From a bacterium (GTDB taxonomy: Bacteria; UBA8248), in contig OZ253442.1 in the NCBI GenBank assembly GCA_965261085.1, forward strand, positions 224,001 to 288,000: a stretch of 64,000 bases of DNA, in the 5' to 3' direction. This document shows positions 10,526 through 18,820 of this stretch, in pieces. Position numbers and translations under genes: made by a program. How positions within the stretch are numbered: position 1 is the first letter of the stretch; each line of letters begins with the position of its first letter. The notes under the pieces are model-generated. The model was not told the origin of the DNA, made no database searches, and saw only the letters and a program-made list of their open reading frames with translations.

Positions 10526-10833
10526 GTTCGTTCCCCCGCGGCGCAAAGCGCATCTTTCATCTCGACCCACTCCGCGGCGTCATGACGCCTGAACCAGGCC
10601 GTTCCCTCCTCGTCATGGAACATGTAGTGGAAGCGGCCCGCGTAGAGGCGCTCATTGGCGTCGGCCGAGAGCACGCCCGAAGCGATAGCCGCGCGGAACA
10701 CGGCGTCGGTGTCCTCATACACCCGGATGAAGCGCCCCCGTTCCGAGCGCCGCCTACGCTCAGGCCGCATCGCGCGAACCTCCCGCCTGAGGCGTTCCTG
10801 TTTCTTCTGTCGCCGTTTGTGCTTGCGTGGCAT
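10522..10833 (-). CDS. Hypothetical basic protein
   Basis: ATG 10833 preceded by AGGAGG; translationally coupled to trbI; F..AI..G.LS...YMFH motif. Confidence 0.55.
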   Translation of the reverse strand: MPRKHKRRQKKQERLRREVRAMRPERRRRSERGRFIRVYEDTDAVFRAAIASGVLSADANERLYAGRFHYMFHDEEGTAWFRRHDAAEWVEMKDALCAAGERT

Positions 10834-11503
10834 GTGGTTCCTCCTGCCGCCTCGAGTGGTCATCTTCGCCCGGCGCATTCGTTTCGGATGCGCCCGAGCC
10901 GGGCGTTTGCCTGAGCGCGCTCAGGCGCTCGATCCAGAGCTTCGCCGCACGAGCGGGGGGAAGGGACCTGATCCTTCTCTCGAGCGGTGGAAAGGCGACG
11001 ACCGGGGGTGCGTTCCCGCTTGCTCCCGGCACGTCGCGCACTTCTGAGGCCTCCGCCATCCGCGCCACGAAGCACACGAGTTCCGCATGCGCAGATGTTG
11101 GTTTCGTACCGAGTCCGGCCGCCTCGCGCACGGCCCGGTCTATTTTTTCACCGAGCCGTCTAAGGCGCGGCGTCGGTCGCCGCGAGGGGGCGGCGTCGGG
11201 ACCAAGCCACGCGACGCTCGCCTCATAGAGCAGGGCCAGGAGCGCCGCCCCCCGGACGTCCTCGCCCCCGGGGCCGCCCAGCTCCTCTATCGCCTCGCTC
11301 ATCGTCACCGCATGGGCGGCCAGGGAATGGAAGCGCCTGAGCCGCCCGTCCCGGCGGCATGTGTTGGCGAGCACGTGAGCCAGGGCTTCGAAGTCGACGG
11401 CTTCGGCCGTCAGCGATTCGGGGTCCCCCGGCCAGACGAGCGGCCTTTCCTCCGCACTGCCTGGGTGCGCTCTTCTTTTCGCGTTCATGTGGTTTCTCTC
11501 CAT
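10760..11503 (-). CDS. HD-superfamily (YfbR/phage-type) hydrolase-like protein with degenerate active site
   Basis: LAHVLANTCR..G....FHSLAAHAV...ALLYEAS.AWLG aligns by eye to IAHALS..CRF.GH...YSVAQHS...LLHDA.EAY.GD, with HD replaced by YE. Confidence 0.55.
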   Translation of the reverse strand: MERNHMNAKRRAHPGSAEERPLVWPGDPESLTAEAVDFEALAHVLANTCRRDGRLRRFHSLAAHAVTMSEAIEELGGPGGEDVRGAALLALLYEASVAWLGPDAAPSRRPTPRLRRLGEKIDRAVREAAGLGTKPTSAHAELVCFVARMAEASEVRDVPGASGNAPPVVAFPPLERRIRSLPPARAAKLWIERLSALRQTPGSGASETNAPGEDDHSRRQEEPHATQAQTATEETGTPQAGGSRDAA

Positions 11504-11545
11504 TCGGGTTGATGTTCGTTTTCAGGTGTCAGGTGATATGAAGCC

Positions 11546-14047
11546 TCACGGCGCGCCCTCTTCGGCGACCCGCGCGACGGCCTCCTCGGTGGTGAGACCC
11601 TCACTTTTAAGTTTCTCGATGGCGGCGAAGGCGGGTCCGCGCGAGGAATAGAGCGCCTGCGACCAGCGGTCTAAGGCGAGCCGCGCCACCCGCCAGCCGT
11701 CCGGGCCGTGCAGAACCAACTCGGCGTGGCGCCCGTCCACGGTGGCGAGGCTCTTTAACGCGCGCTCCATCCCGGGGTCGCAGTGGATGCGTTTTTCCTG
11801 CTTGAGTAACTCGACGGACTCGTCCTTTTGCGCGAGGAATATCGTCCAGTCGGAGTTGTCCCAGGCCGCCCGCGCCGCAGGATTCGCGTAGTAGTCGTTC
11901 ACGCTCTGCGTGCCCGTGACGAGCGCCCCCCGGTACTTGCGCGCCCGCCTAGCGGCGCCCTCCAAAAACGCCTTGCTGTCCTCGCCCGAGAGCAGGTCCC
12001 ATGCCTCGTCAATAACGATAGCCTTGGGCCGCGTCCTCGGGCCGTGGTACATGCGCTGGGTGGCGAGGAAGACCACCAGCATGAGCACGACGCCCTGGAG
12101 ATCGCCGCGTCCCTTGAGCTCGGCGAGTTCGAACACGGTGAGCGCGGCATCCAGCGCCGGCGTCCCGCCGCCCTCGAAGAGGCGCCCCATGGCGCCGCCC
12201 GGCCGCCAGGGGCCGAGCGATACGCTTAAGTCCGACGCGCGCCTGTCGCCCACGGCTTCCAGTCCTTTCTGCACAAGGCCTAAGTCCGCATCGTTTCCGG
12301 CTTCCTCCCAGGCGCGCGCGATGGCCTCATCAATGAGCGCCGCCTCGATGTCGTCGATCCGCCCGCGCCTCCTGCACATGCGCCCGACCACCGAGGCCAG
12401 CATCGCGAAGCACTCCTCCCTGTAGTCGCCGTCTCTCGCGGCGGTCTCGGCGTCTATCATGGCGAAGGGGTTAAGCCTGGCCGGGTCCTTGCCGAAGGCG
12501 ATGAAGGCGCCGCCCAGGGCTTCGGCCGTGTGCTGGAAGGATCGCCCGTCGTCTATCACGACGGCCTCTCCGCCCGCGCCCGCGATGCCCGCGACCAGTT
12601 CCTGCATCAGCACCGACTTGCCCGATCCTGACTTGCCGGTCACGGCCACGTTGTAGTTTCCTGCCTCGTTAGCGAAAGGAGACCAGGGGGCGGGCTGCCC
12701 GCGTCTTCCCAGCAGCAACAGTGCGGGCGGCGCGTCCGGTCGCGCCCTCTGGCCGCGCCACTCGCCGTGCACGGGCGCCAGGTTGACGGCGGATGAGGTG
12801 AGTAGCGTCTTCATCCGGCCCATCCGGGCGAGGTCGGCGTCGAGTCCGCCTGCTGCGACCATGGGCAGGCAGGAGAGCCAGGCCGGCAGGTGCGCGTAGC
12901 GCTCCGCCCCCAGCCGCCAGCCCTGGCCGTGGTAGATGGCGCGCACCGCCTGTTCGGCCTCGTCTATCGCGTCGAGCGGTGCGTAGACCGCCGCCATATA
13001 GGAGGCCCGTACCAGGCGCTCGCCCTCTTTGAGCCGTTCGGTCACGAAGCGCCAGTCGCGCGCCTTCTCGGGAAGGCCGGGCAGATAGCGCGCGATCCCC
13101 GTCCCCGCCTGCTGCGTCGCGCGGGCGGATTTGAGAAATGCGCGCTCCCCGTCCGAGGCCTCGCCCATCATCACGGTGAGCGCGGTCAGAACCGGCGCGC
13201 CGGGTTGTAAGAAGTCGCGATAGAAATCCCCGATCAGCGCGCCTCCCCGCCAGCCGGGCCAGACTTCAGGGTAGGCGCGCGCCGAGAGTACCCGCACGGC
13301 CACATCCGTGCCGTCCGGGTGGTGGAAGACCAGTCCCGCCGGCGCCACGCTCATCGCGCGTCCGGGCGCCGCGCATTGCAGGTGAATCGGATCGCGGGGC
13401 GACCAGCGCCTCTCGGGGCGCTTAAGCCCGCCGTCGTGGACGCCTTCCGTATCGGGCGAGGCGAGTTCAGCGGCCAGCGAGAGCAATTCGTCGGGCTCCA
13501 TCCTCCGCGCCCAGGTCCCGATCGAGGCGAGCGCGCCCTCGATCGCCCGGCGGAAGCCGCCGAGCGCGGTCTCCGAAGCCGGTCCCGGCCGTCCCGGCAG
13601 GCTTGCCGCGAGGAATACCCGGCAGTCGTTCAGGGTGAACGGCGGTCCGCCCGGGTGGAGCGGCCGCCAGCCCGCGCCCGTGAAGAGCGCCGCGCGGCGT
13701 TTCGCCATCACCGCCTGCAGCCCCCCCGCCCCCTCCCTCGGCCCGGCCCACTCCGCGATCGCGGCGCCGTAGCGCGGGCTCGTCCAGTGGATCACCTGCA
13801 CGATGGAGCGATCGGGCGCAGAGTCCGCGAGCGTTCCCGCCAGGGCGTCCAGCGTCCCCTCGTCCACCCCGGCGAAGGGCGGGAGTTCCAGGACGAAGCC
13901 CAGGCTCCCCGCGTTCACGTAGAACTCGCCCGCCTCGTCCCAGGCCCGCCAGGGGAGGAGGTCCACGAGCGGGGCCGGGACGGCCGGAAGCGTCCAGGGC
14001 GTAAGCGCGTCGGCGCCGCCGAACATGTCCTTCAGACGCTCGATCAC
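11546..14047 (-). CDS. traC: VirB4-family ATPase TraC
   Basis: NYNVAVTGKSGSGKS (Walker A), VIDDGRSF, IVIDEAW (Walker B) and RRARKY.G motifs. Confidence 0.95.
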   Translation of the reverse strand: MIERLKDMFGGADALTPWTLPAVPAPLVDLLPWRAWDEAGEFYVNAGSLGFVLELPPFAGVDEGTLDALAGTLADSAPDRSIVQVIHWTSPRYGAAIAEWAGPREGAGGLQAVMAKRRAALFTGAGWRPLHPGGPPFTLNDCRVFLAASLPGRPGPASETALGGFRRAIEGALASIGTWARRMEPDELLSLAAELASPDTEGVHDGGLKRPERRWSPRDPIHLQCAAPGRAMSVAPAGLVFHHPDGTDVAVRVLSARAYPEVWPGWRGGALIGDFYRDFLQPGAPVLTALTVMMGEASDGERAFLKSARATQQAGTGIARYLPGLPEKARDWRFVTERLKEGERLVRASYMAAVYAPLDAIDEAEQAVRAIYHGQGWRLGAERYAHLPAWLSCLPMVAAGGLDADLARMGRMKTLLTSSAVNLAPVHGEWRGQRARPDAPPALLLLGRRGQPAPWSPFANEAGNYNVAVTGKSGSGKSVLMQELVAGIAGAGGEAVVIDDGRSFQHTAEALGGAFIAFGKDPARLNPFAMIDAETAARDGDYREECFAMLASVVGRMCRRRGRIDDIEAALIDEAIARAWEEAGNDADLGLVQKGLEAVGDRRASDLSVSLGPWRPGGAMGRLFEGGGTPALDAALTVFELAELKGRGDLQGVVLMLVVFLATQRMYHGPRTRPKAIVIDEAWDLLSGEDSKAFLEGAARRARKYRGALVTGTQSVNDYYANPAARAAWDNSDWTIFLAQKDESVELLKQEKRIHCDPGMERALKSLATVDGRHAELVLHGPDGWRVARLALDRWSQALYSSRGPAFAAIEKLKSEGLTTEEAVARVAEEGAP

Positions 14048-14544
14048 GGCAGCCTCCAGACAGCGGGTTCAATCACCGCGCGCACCCAGCCCCCCTCGCG
14101 GTAGACGCCGATCGAGTCCACGTAGGGCGCGATCCATATCCGCGCGACGCGTTCTTTCGTGCGGAGGTTCTCATTCGGCTTGGCCGGAGTCTCTTTCGTC
14201 GACTGTGGAACGATCAGCGGCTCGGCCGTGGCCACCTCCACGTCGTCTTCGCCTGGCGAAAAGAGTTCCACGAACCAGGCGATGATACCGTTCAGGAACG
14301 AGGTCCCGGTGGTTTCCGTGGAACGAACCGGGGAGGAGGGAGTCTTTTCCAGCGATTCTCCCTGCGCCCGAACCGCGGGGTCCGCCTCCGAAACGCTCGC
14401 GCACGCCGTCCCCTGCGCGATGGGGCACTGCCAGCTCTCGCCCACGTGGCTCCCTCCCGCGCAGCCCGTGAGTAGCAGGACGGCCAAAAGCGCCGTCGGC
14501 AAATGGAATCTTCCTGTCGATAATGGATGGGTATTCGTTCTCAT
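14044..14544 (-). CDS. traV: Lipoprotein TraV
   Basis: Lipobox LLTGC, C......C.SV and RT.ERV.RIWIAPYVD motifs. Confidence 0.88.
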   Translation of the reverse strand: MRTNTHPLSTGRFHLPTALLAVLLLTGCAGGSHVGESWQCPIAQGTACASVSEADPAVRAQGESLEKTPSSPVRSTETTGTSFLNGIIAWFVELFSPGEDDVEVATAEPLIVPQSTKETPAKPNENLRTKERVARIWIAPYVDSIGVYREGGWVRAVIEPAVWRLP

Positions 14545-15743
14545 CTGCTCCTCCCGTGGTTGTTGCTCTTCCTGTCTTCTCTCCCGTCGATTCGGGCGCC
14601 CTCGATGAACACGACCGTGACCCGCGTTCCCGTCTGGAGCTGGATCACCGGCTGGTACTGCTCGGCCCGGCGGATCAGGTAGTCCGCCACCCGGCGGCCG
14701 GCCGATCCGGCGCCCGCCCCCAGTCCCGCGCGTCCCAGGTCGCTCAGGCTCGCCGCGTTCTCGGCCCCCGCCGTCCCGGCGGGCGCCTGGAGCACGTTGG
14801 CGGCGGTCTCGCCCACACCCGACACCAGGCCCGCGAGGAAGGCCTTTTCCACGAGCGCTCCCTCGCGGCTCACCACCGGACCCCGCACGCCGGCCTTGCC
14901 GCCGCCCGCCACGAAGCCCGAGACTTTTGTCTCGATCACGGTCCCCGCATCGGATCCTGAGCAGGTCATGGTCTGAAGCCGCACGTATACTTTTTCGGAC
15001 GAAAGATCCCCGTAGGCCGCGCCCGTCAGCGTGCAGCCCTCGACGTCGGCTTCCATCGCTTTGCCTTCCGTCGCAGCGCTCCGCGCCTTGCCCGTGAGGC
15101 GAAGCAGCACCGGCCGCGGGTCGCCCTGGGAGGAGACGCCCGCCGAGGCATCCACGCCCGCCAGCACCACCGCCTCGGCGTAGGCGCCCGCGGGCAGCCA
15201 GGAGGAGAGCGGCCGGGGACCCGTCACAGGAACACGTTTATCCGCCTCTCCTGCGCCGGCCTGAAACTCCCGGATCATGGGCCCGGTCGGGGCCGTGGAG
15301 GCCTTACCGGCAGGAGCCGCACGCTTCGCCCGGACGGGCGCGACGGGGCGGGTCTCCAGTTTTTTGCGCAACTCGTCGATCGCCGCCGCCTGGCGGTCGA
15401 TCACCATCCGTCCGTCCGCCGCGCCCTTCGCGAGGCGCGCCCTGAGCCGCGCGTTCTCCTCCTCCGAGCGCCGGCTCTTCGTCTCCATCTCGCGGAGCCG
15501 CGCCTCCATCTGCCCGATCCGGGCCTCCGATCGCCTGACCCAGACGGCTTCCGCGGACCTTGCGCCCGCGAGCTCCGCTCGGACCCCGCCCCGGGTCGGC
15601 GGCGCCTCGCCACCTCCCGCCGAGAACCAGACCGCGAAGGCGACGAGCACAGCAGCTGCCAGGCCCGAGAACAGGAGCAACTGCCGGCTCCGGATCTTCC
15701 GGCTCTCGGGGTCCATCGTCGTTTTGTCCGCACTACTCATCAC
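14541..15743 (-). CDS. traB: TraB (VirB10-like)
   Basis: TM plus coiled coil; LPAG..AEAVVLAGVDA, GDLSSEKVY.R and YLIRRAEQY.PVI motifs. Confidence 0.92.
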   Translation of the reverse strand: MMSSADKTTMDPESRKIRSRQLLLFSGLAAAVLVAFAVWFSAGGGEAPPTRGGVRAELAGARSAEAVWVRRSEARIGQMEARLREMETKSRRSEEENARLRARLAKGAADGRMVIDRQAAAIDELRKKLETRPVAPVRAKRAAPAGKASTAPTGPMIREFQAGAGEADKRVPVTGPRPLSSWLPAGAYAEAVVLAGVDASAGVSSQGDPRPVLLRLTGKARSAATEGKAMEADVEGCTLTGAAYGDLSSEKVYVRLQTMTCSGSDAGTVIETKVSGFVAGGGKAGVRGPVVSREGALVEKAFLAGLVSGVGETAANVLQAPAGTAGAENAASLSDLGRAGLGAGAGSAGRRVADYLIRRAEQYQPVIQLQTGTRVTVVFIEGARIDGREDRKSNNHGRSR

Positions 15744-16471
15744 GGCCTCCCTCTACGCCCGACCTCACGCACCGTCACGACGAGCCGTCCGTCCGAGGGA
15801 CCGCTCGCAGGCTTCCCCGCCCAGAGCGCGGCTGCGCCCGGCGCCATGCCTTGCATGAGGGCCTGGGGGTCGTCGCCCTGGGTCGAGTCCATCTCGTAGA
15901 CGCGCGCGGTGAAGCGCCGCCCGCGCCAGGTTTCCAGGAGCGCGAGGCCCTCTGAACGTGACGTTTCGGATGCCGTGTGAATCACATAGCCGGGGAGAAC
16001 CTCGCGCAGCACGACCGCGCGCACCAGCGCCACGATCGCTCCCACGCGGCCCTCGCGGGGAGCGGGGCTTTCCGCCCGGGGCGCCGCGGCGGCGTTTCGG
16101 ATCATGATCTGCGCGGAATCCCGCGCGGTGGTCCTTAACGTCAGCCGGTAGGTGAAACCCTTCGCCGTCCCGATGAAGAGCGTCAACGGCGCCCGCGCAG
16201 GGGCGGTGGGTTCCAGGGGCCGCAGGTAGAGGTCCCCGCGTGACTTGTCGTGTTCCACCGCGAAGCCGTCCGGCCCCCGGATCACGCGCGCGACACGATC
16301 GCCGGCCAGCGTTATCCGGCTCACCGCACGGTCGGATATCTCGGCTTCGAGTTCCGCGTGGTCGGCGGCGTCCAGTATCTGCATCGCAGACGCCGTGGAT
16401 CCCCACGGCAGGAACGCCGCTACCAGAATCAAAGTGGTCAGAGTCATCGAAATTCTTCTCGTTCGCATCAT
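15740..16471 (-). CDS. traK: TraK (type-F secretin-like)
   Basis: Signal peptide, SRI...DR and GDLYLRP...LTLFI.T..G.TY.L.L motifs; lies between traE and traB. Confidence 0.82.
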   Translation of the reverse strand: MMRTRRISMTLTTLILVAAFLPWGSTASAMQILDAADHAELEAEISDRAVSRITLAGDRVARVIRGPDGFAVEHDKSRGDLYLRPLEPTAPARAPLTLFIGTAKGFTYRLTLRTTARDSAQIMIRNAAAAPRAESPAPREGRVGAIVALVRAVVLREVLPGYVIHTASETSRSEGLALLETWRGRRFTARVYEMDSTQGDDPQALMQGMAPGAAALWAGKPASGPSDGRLVVTVREVGRRGRP

Positions 16472-16472
16472 C

Positions 16473-17030
16473 CTATTTACGATCCTCCAGTTCCTCGAAA
16501 CGAAGCAGGCCGATCCGGCCCGCGTCCACGCGAAAGGACAACCGGTAGCGCTTCCGCTCGCGCGAGACGGGCTCGCGCCCCACCCAAGTCGCGAGCTCCC
16601 CGCCCACGACGACCATCAGCCTTTCGGGGTCCGCCTCTATCCGTCCGGGATAAAACGCCGTCGAGAGGTCGCGCCGCGCCATGCGTCCGGCCTCGGCAGC
16701 GACCCAGGCGCCGATCGCGCCGCGCGCGGAGGCGTGAGCGAGCCGCGCCGCCGCCTCGCGGGCGTGCTCCGCATTCTCGGGCGTCAGCGTCAGGAGCGTC
16801 ACGGCGACGGTCCGCCCCATATCCTCGAGATACCTTCGCCCGGCGCTCCCGCCCCCGACCTCCCACGCCGGCCCCGCCACCGCGGGCACCAGCACCGTCA
16901 TGCGCTCCACAGAGGCGAGGCCCATGCTCAGTCCCAGATTGGCCAGCAGCGAGAAGCCGAGAAGTATTGCCAGCGCCGCGCGCCCGTCCCTCACCTGCCG
17001 CCTCTGCGCCTCCATCAGTTCTCGTTTCAT
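16473..17030 (-). CDS. traE: TraE
   Basis: TM followed by TVLVP, YLE.M.....L.LTP.N and S.AFYP motifs. Confidence 0.85.
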   Translation of the reverse strand: MKRELMEAQRRQVRDGRAALAILLGFSLLANLGLSMGLASVERMTVLVPAVAGPAWEVGGGSAGRRYLEDMGRTVAVTLLTLTPENAEHAREAAARLAHASARGAIGAWVAAEAGRMARRDLSTAFYPGRIEADPERLMVVVGGELATWVGREPVSRERKRYRLSFRVDAGRIGLLRFEELEDRK

Positions 17031-17044
17031 CCCCTAAAGCCTCC

Positions 17045-17338
17045 TCATCCGATAAAGCGGCGCAGGTGGCTCGGCGGCGCGCCCTTGATCCCCAGCGCGA
17101 AGCCGGGCAGGAACCAGTAGAGCGCGCAGATTGCGACATCCGCTCCGCCGCCCCGCTTCGCGCGGCGCAAGAGCGCCCAGCCCGCGAGGCCGATTAACAA
17201 CCCCGTCAGGAAGGCGTTCGCCGCCAGGCCCAGGAGAGCCGGCCCAAGCAGGGCCGCCGCTTCGTCCAGGGTCCAGAACAGCCAGCGTTCCGGGTCGTCG
17301 AGGCGAGAGGGGATTGCGTGTTTCGCCTGATCGCTCAT
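17045..17338 (-). CDS. traL: TraL
   Basis: IP.RLDDPER.LFW.LDE and LYWFLP......PPSH.R.FIG motifs. Confidence 0.9.
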   Translation of the reverse strand: MSDQAKHAIPSRLDDPERWLFWTLDEAAALLGPALLGLAANAFLTGLLIGLAGWALLRRAKRGGGADVAICALYWFLPGFALGIKGAPPSHLRRFIG

Positions 17339-17347
17339 CCGTCCCCC

Positions 17348-17647
17348 TCATATGATCGCCGTGCCGACGAGGCCCGTGACGACGCCGGTGCCTGCGCCCG
17401 CCGCGATGCCCACCCCCACCGCGCCCGCGAGTTGGGCTGCGTTGAAGCGAAGCACCGAACCCACCAGGGCGGCGCCCACGGCGAGCGCCGCCGCGAGCTG
17501 TCCACCCGTGCCCGAGACGATCCCGGTCACCGTCCCGAGCGGACCCGAGAACGTCGTGTCCGTCGTCGCCCAGGCTTGGTCGAATCCCCACAGCGCCCAG
17601 AGGAGCGCGGTGAGCACGCATCTGCTCAGGAAAGAAACTCTGTTCAT
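17348..17647 (-). CDS. traA: Conjugative pilin TraA
   Basis: 99 aa from ATG 17647: leader ending AWA, then two Gly/Ala-rich hydrophobic helices; directly upstream of traL. Confidence 0.7.
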   Translation of the reverse strand: MNRVSFLSRCVLTALLWALWGFDQAWATTDTTFSGPLGTVTGIVSGTGGQLAAALAVGAALVGSVLRFNAAQLAGAVGVGIAAGAGTGVVTGLVGTAII

Positions 17648-18396
17648 CGCGCGATCCTCCCTCCGTCGTCGGACGTGGACGCCCGCCGACGCGCCGAGGC
17701 CCAGTCCTCGATATCCGCGAGCAGGTAGCGCACCCGGGAGCCGAAGCGGTGGAAGACCGGCCCCCCGCCGCTCACGCGGTAGCGTTCCAGCGTCTTCGGC
17801 GAGAGGCCGAGCCACGCGGCCACCTCCCGTGTGCTCAGGTAGTTCCCTCTGTTCCCGTTCATCTGTATCTCTCCTTCCCGTTCGATGTCGGCCCCGGTAG
17901 AGGGGGCCTGTGCGTTGAATGCGCCGGGCGCAGCGGGCCCGGCGGGTGGAATCATTTCGTTCGTCATCTCCGTCACCTGCGTCTGAATGGCCCTGAGCTC
18001 CTTTTCGCTCGCATGAGCCTCCATCCAGGCGCGCACCCGCTCGACCGTGCCGAGCCACGGCGAGACGCCCCGGCGCAGCTTTCCTACGAACGAGGGGTCG
18101 CCTGTGGTCTCTTCGCCCAGCATCGTGTGCTTGGTCCCCGTCACGGCCAGGAAGGCCTCGACCTCGCAGCGGAAGGCCGGACCCAGCGCCGGCTCTCCCA
18201 TGAAGGCCAGTACCCGGTCCGCCGTCTTCAGCCGTATCGAACGGCCCCGCATCAGTGAGAACACGAAATCCGGATCGCGCATCGCGGCCATCCCGAAGCG
18301 TCTCGCGCTCACCCAGTGGCGCGCGCGCCAGGCCGCAACGCTGCTTCGCAAGTGATCGTCGAGGGGGATGTCTTTATGGTGGGTGAGCGTCTTCAT
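17644..18396 (-). CDS. DNA-binding regulator with two Cro-like HTH repeats and a C-terminal AlpA/excisionase-type HTH
   Basis: Repeats S.RRFG..A..DP.FV..L.RGRS and T..LG....GDPSFV.KLRRG.SP, then YLSTREVAAWLGLSPKTLERYR..GGGP.F.RFG.RVRY. Stop overlaps the traA start; start estimated at ATG 18396. Confidence 0.75.
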   Translation of the reverse strand: MKTLTHHKDIPLDDHLRSSVAAWRARHWVSARRFGMAAMRDPDFVFSLMRGRSIRLKTADRVLAFMGEPALGPAFRCEVEAFLAVTGTKHTMLGEETTGDPSFVGKLRRGVSPWLGTVERVRAWMEAHASEKELRAIQTQVTEMTNEMIPPAGPAAPGAFNAQAPSTGADIEREGEIQMNGNRGNYLSTREVAAWLGLSPKTLERYRVSGGGPVFHRFGSRVRYLLADIEDWASARRRASTSDDGGRIAR

Positions 18397-18820
18397 GCGA
18401 ATGAATATATATAAATATATTATTTTTATCAACATCTAATTATACCTAGTTTCCAACGGCTCATGCCCATGCATGGTCTAACCTGCGACCGGCTACGCGG
18501 GGATGCGACAAAAAAGGGGGATTTTCCGCGGCGATGGAATGTATGGGAGCAGGGTGGACCCCCGCGAAATCGCACGGGAGAGAGTCTGTCCGGGCTTGAC
18601 CCGGGAAGCGGCGCGCCCTCCATTCGGGACTGCATGAAATCCGCAACGTGGTTCACCCGACCCCGAACGCCGGCAAGCCCGTGCGGCCCGCGCACCGCCC
18701 ACCTCCCTTGAGCCCCGCCCCGCTCCGGCAAGAGGCCGAGCCGAGCGTGGAGAGGGCGGATCCGGGAAGTCCGAGAGGGTTCCCGCGACGTTCCCATCCC
18801 ATCCACAGGAGGAGACACCC

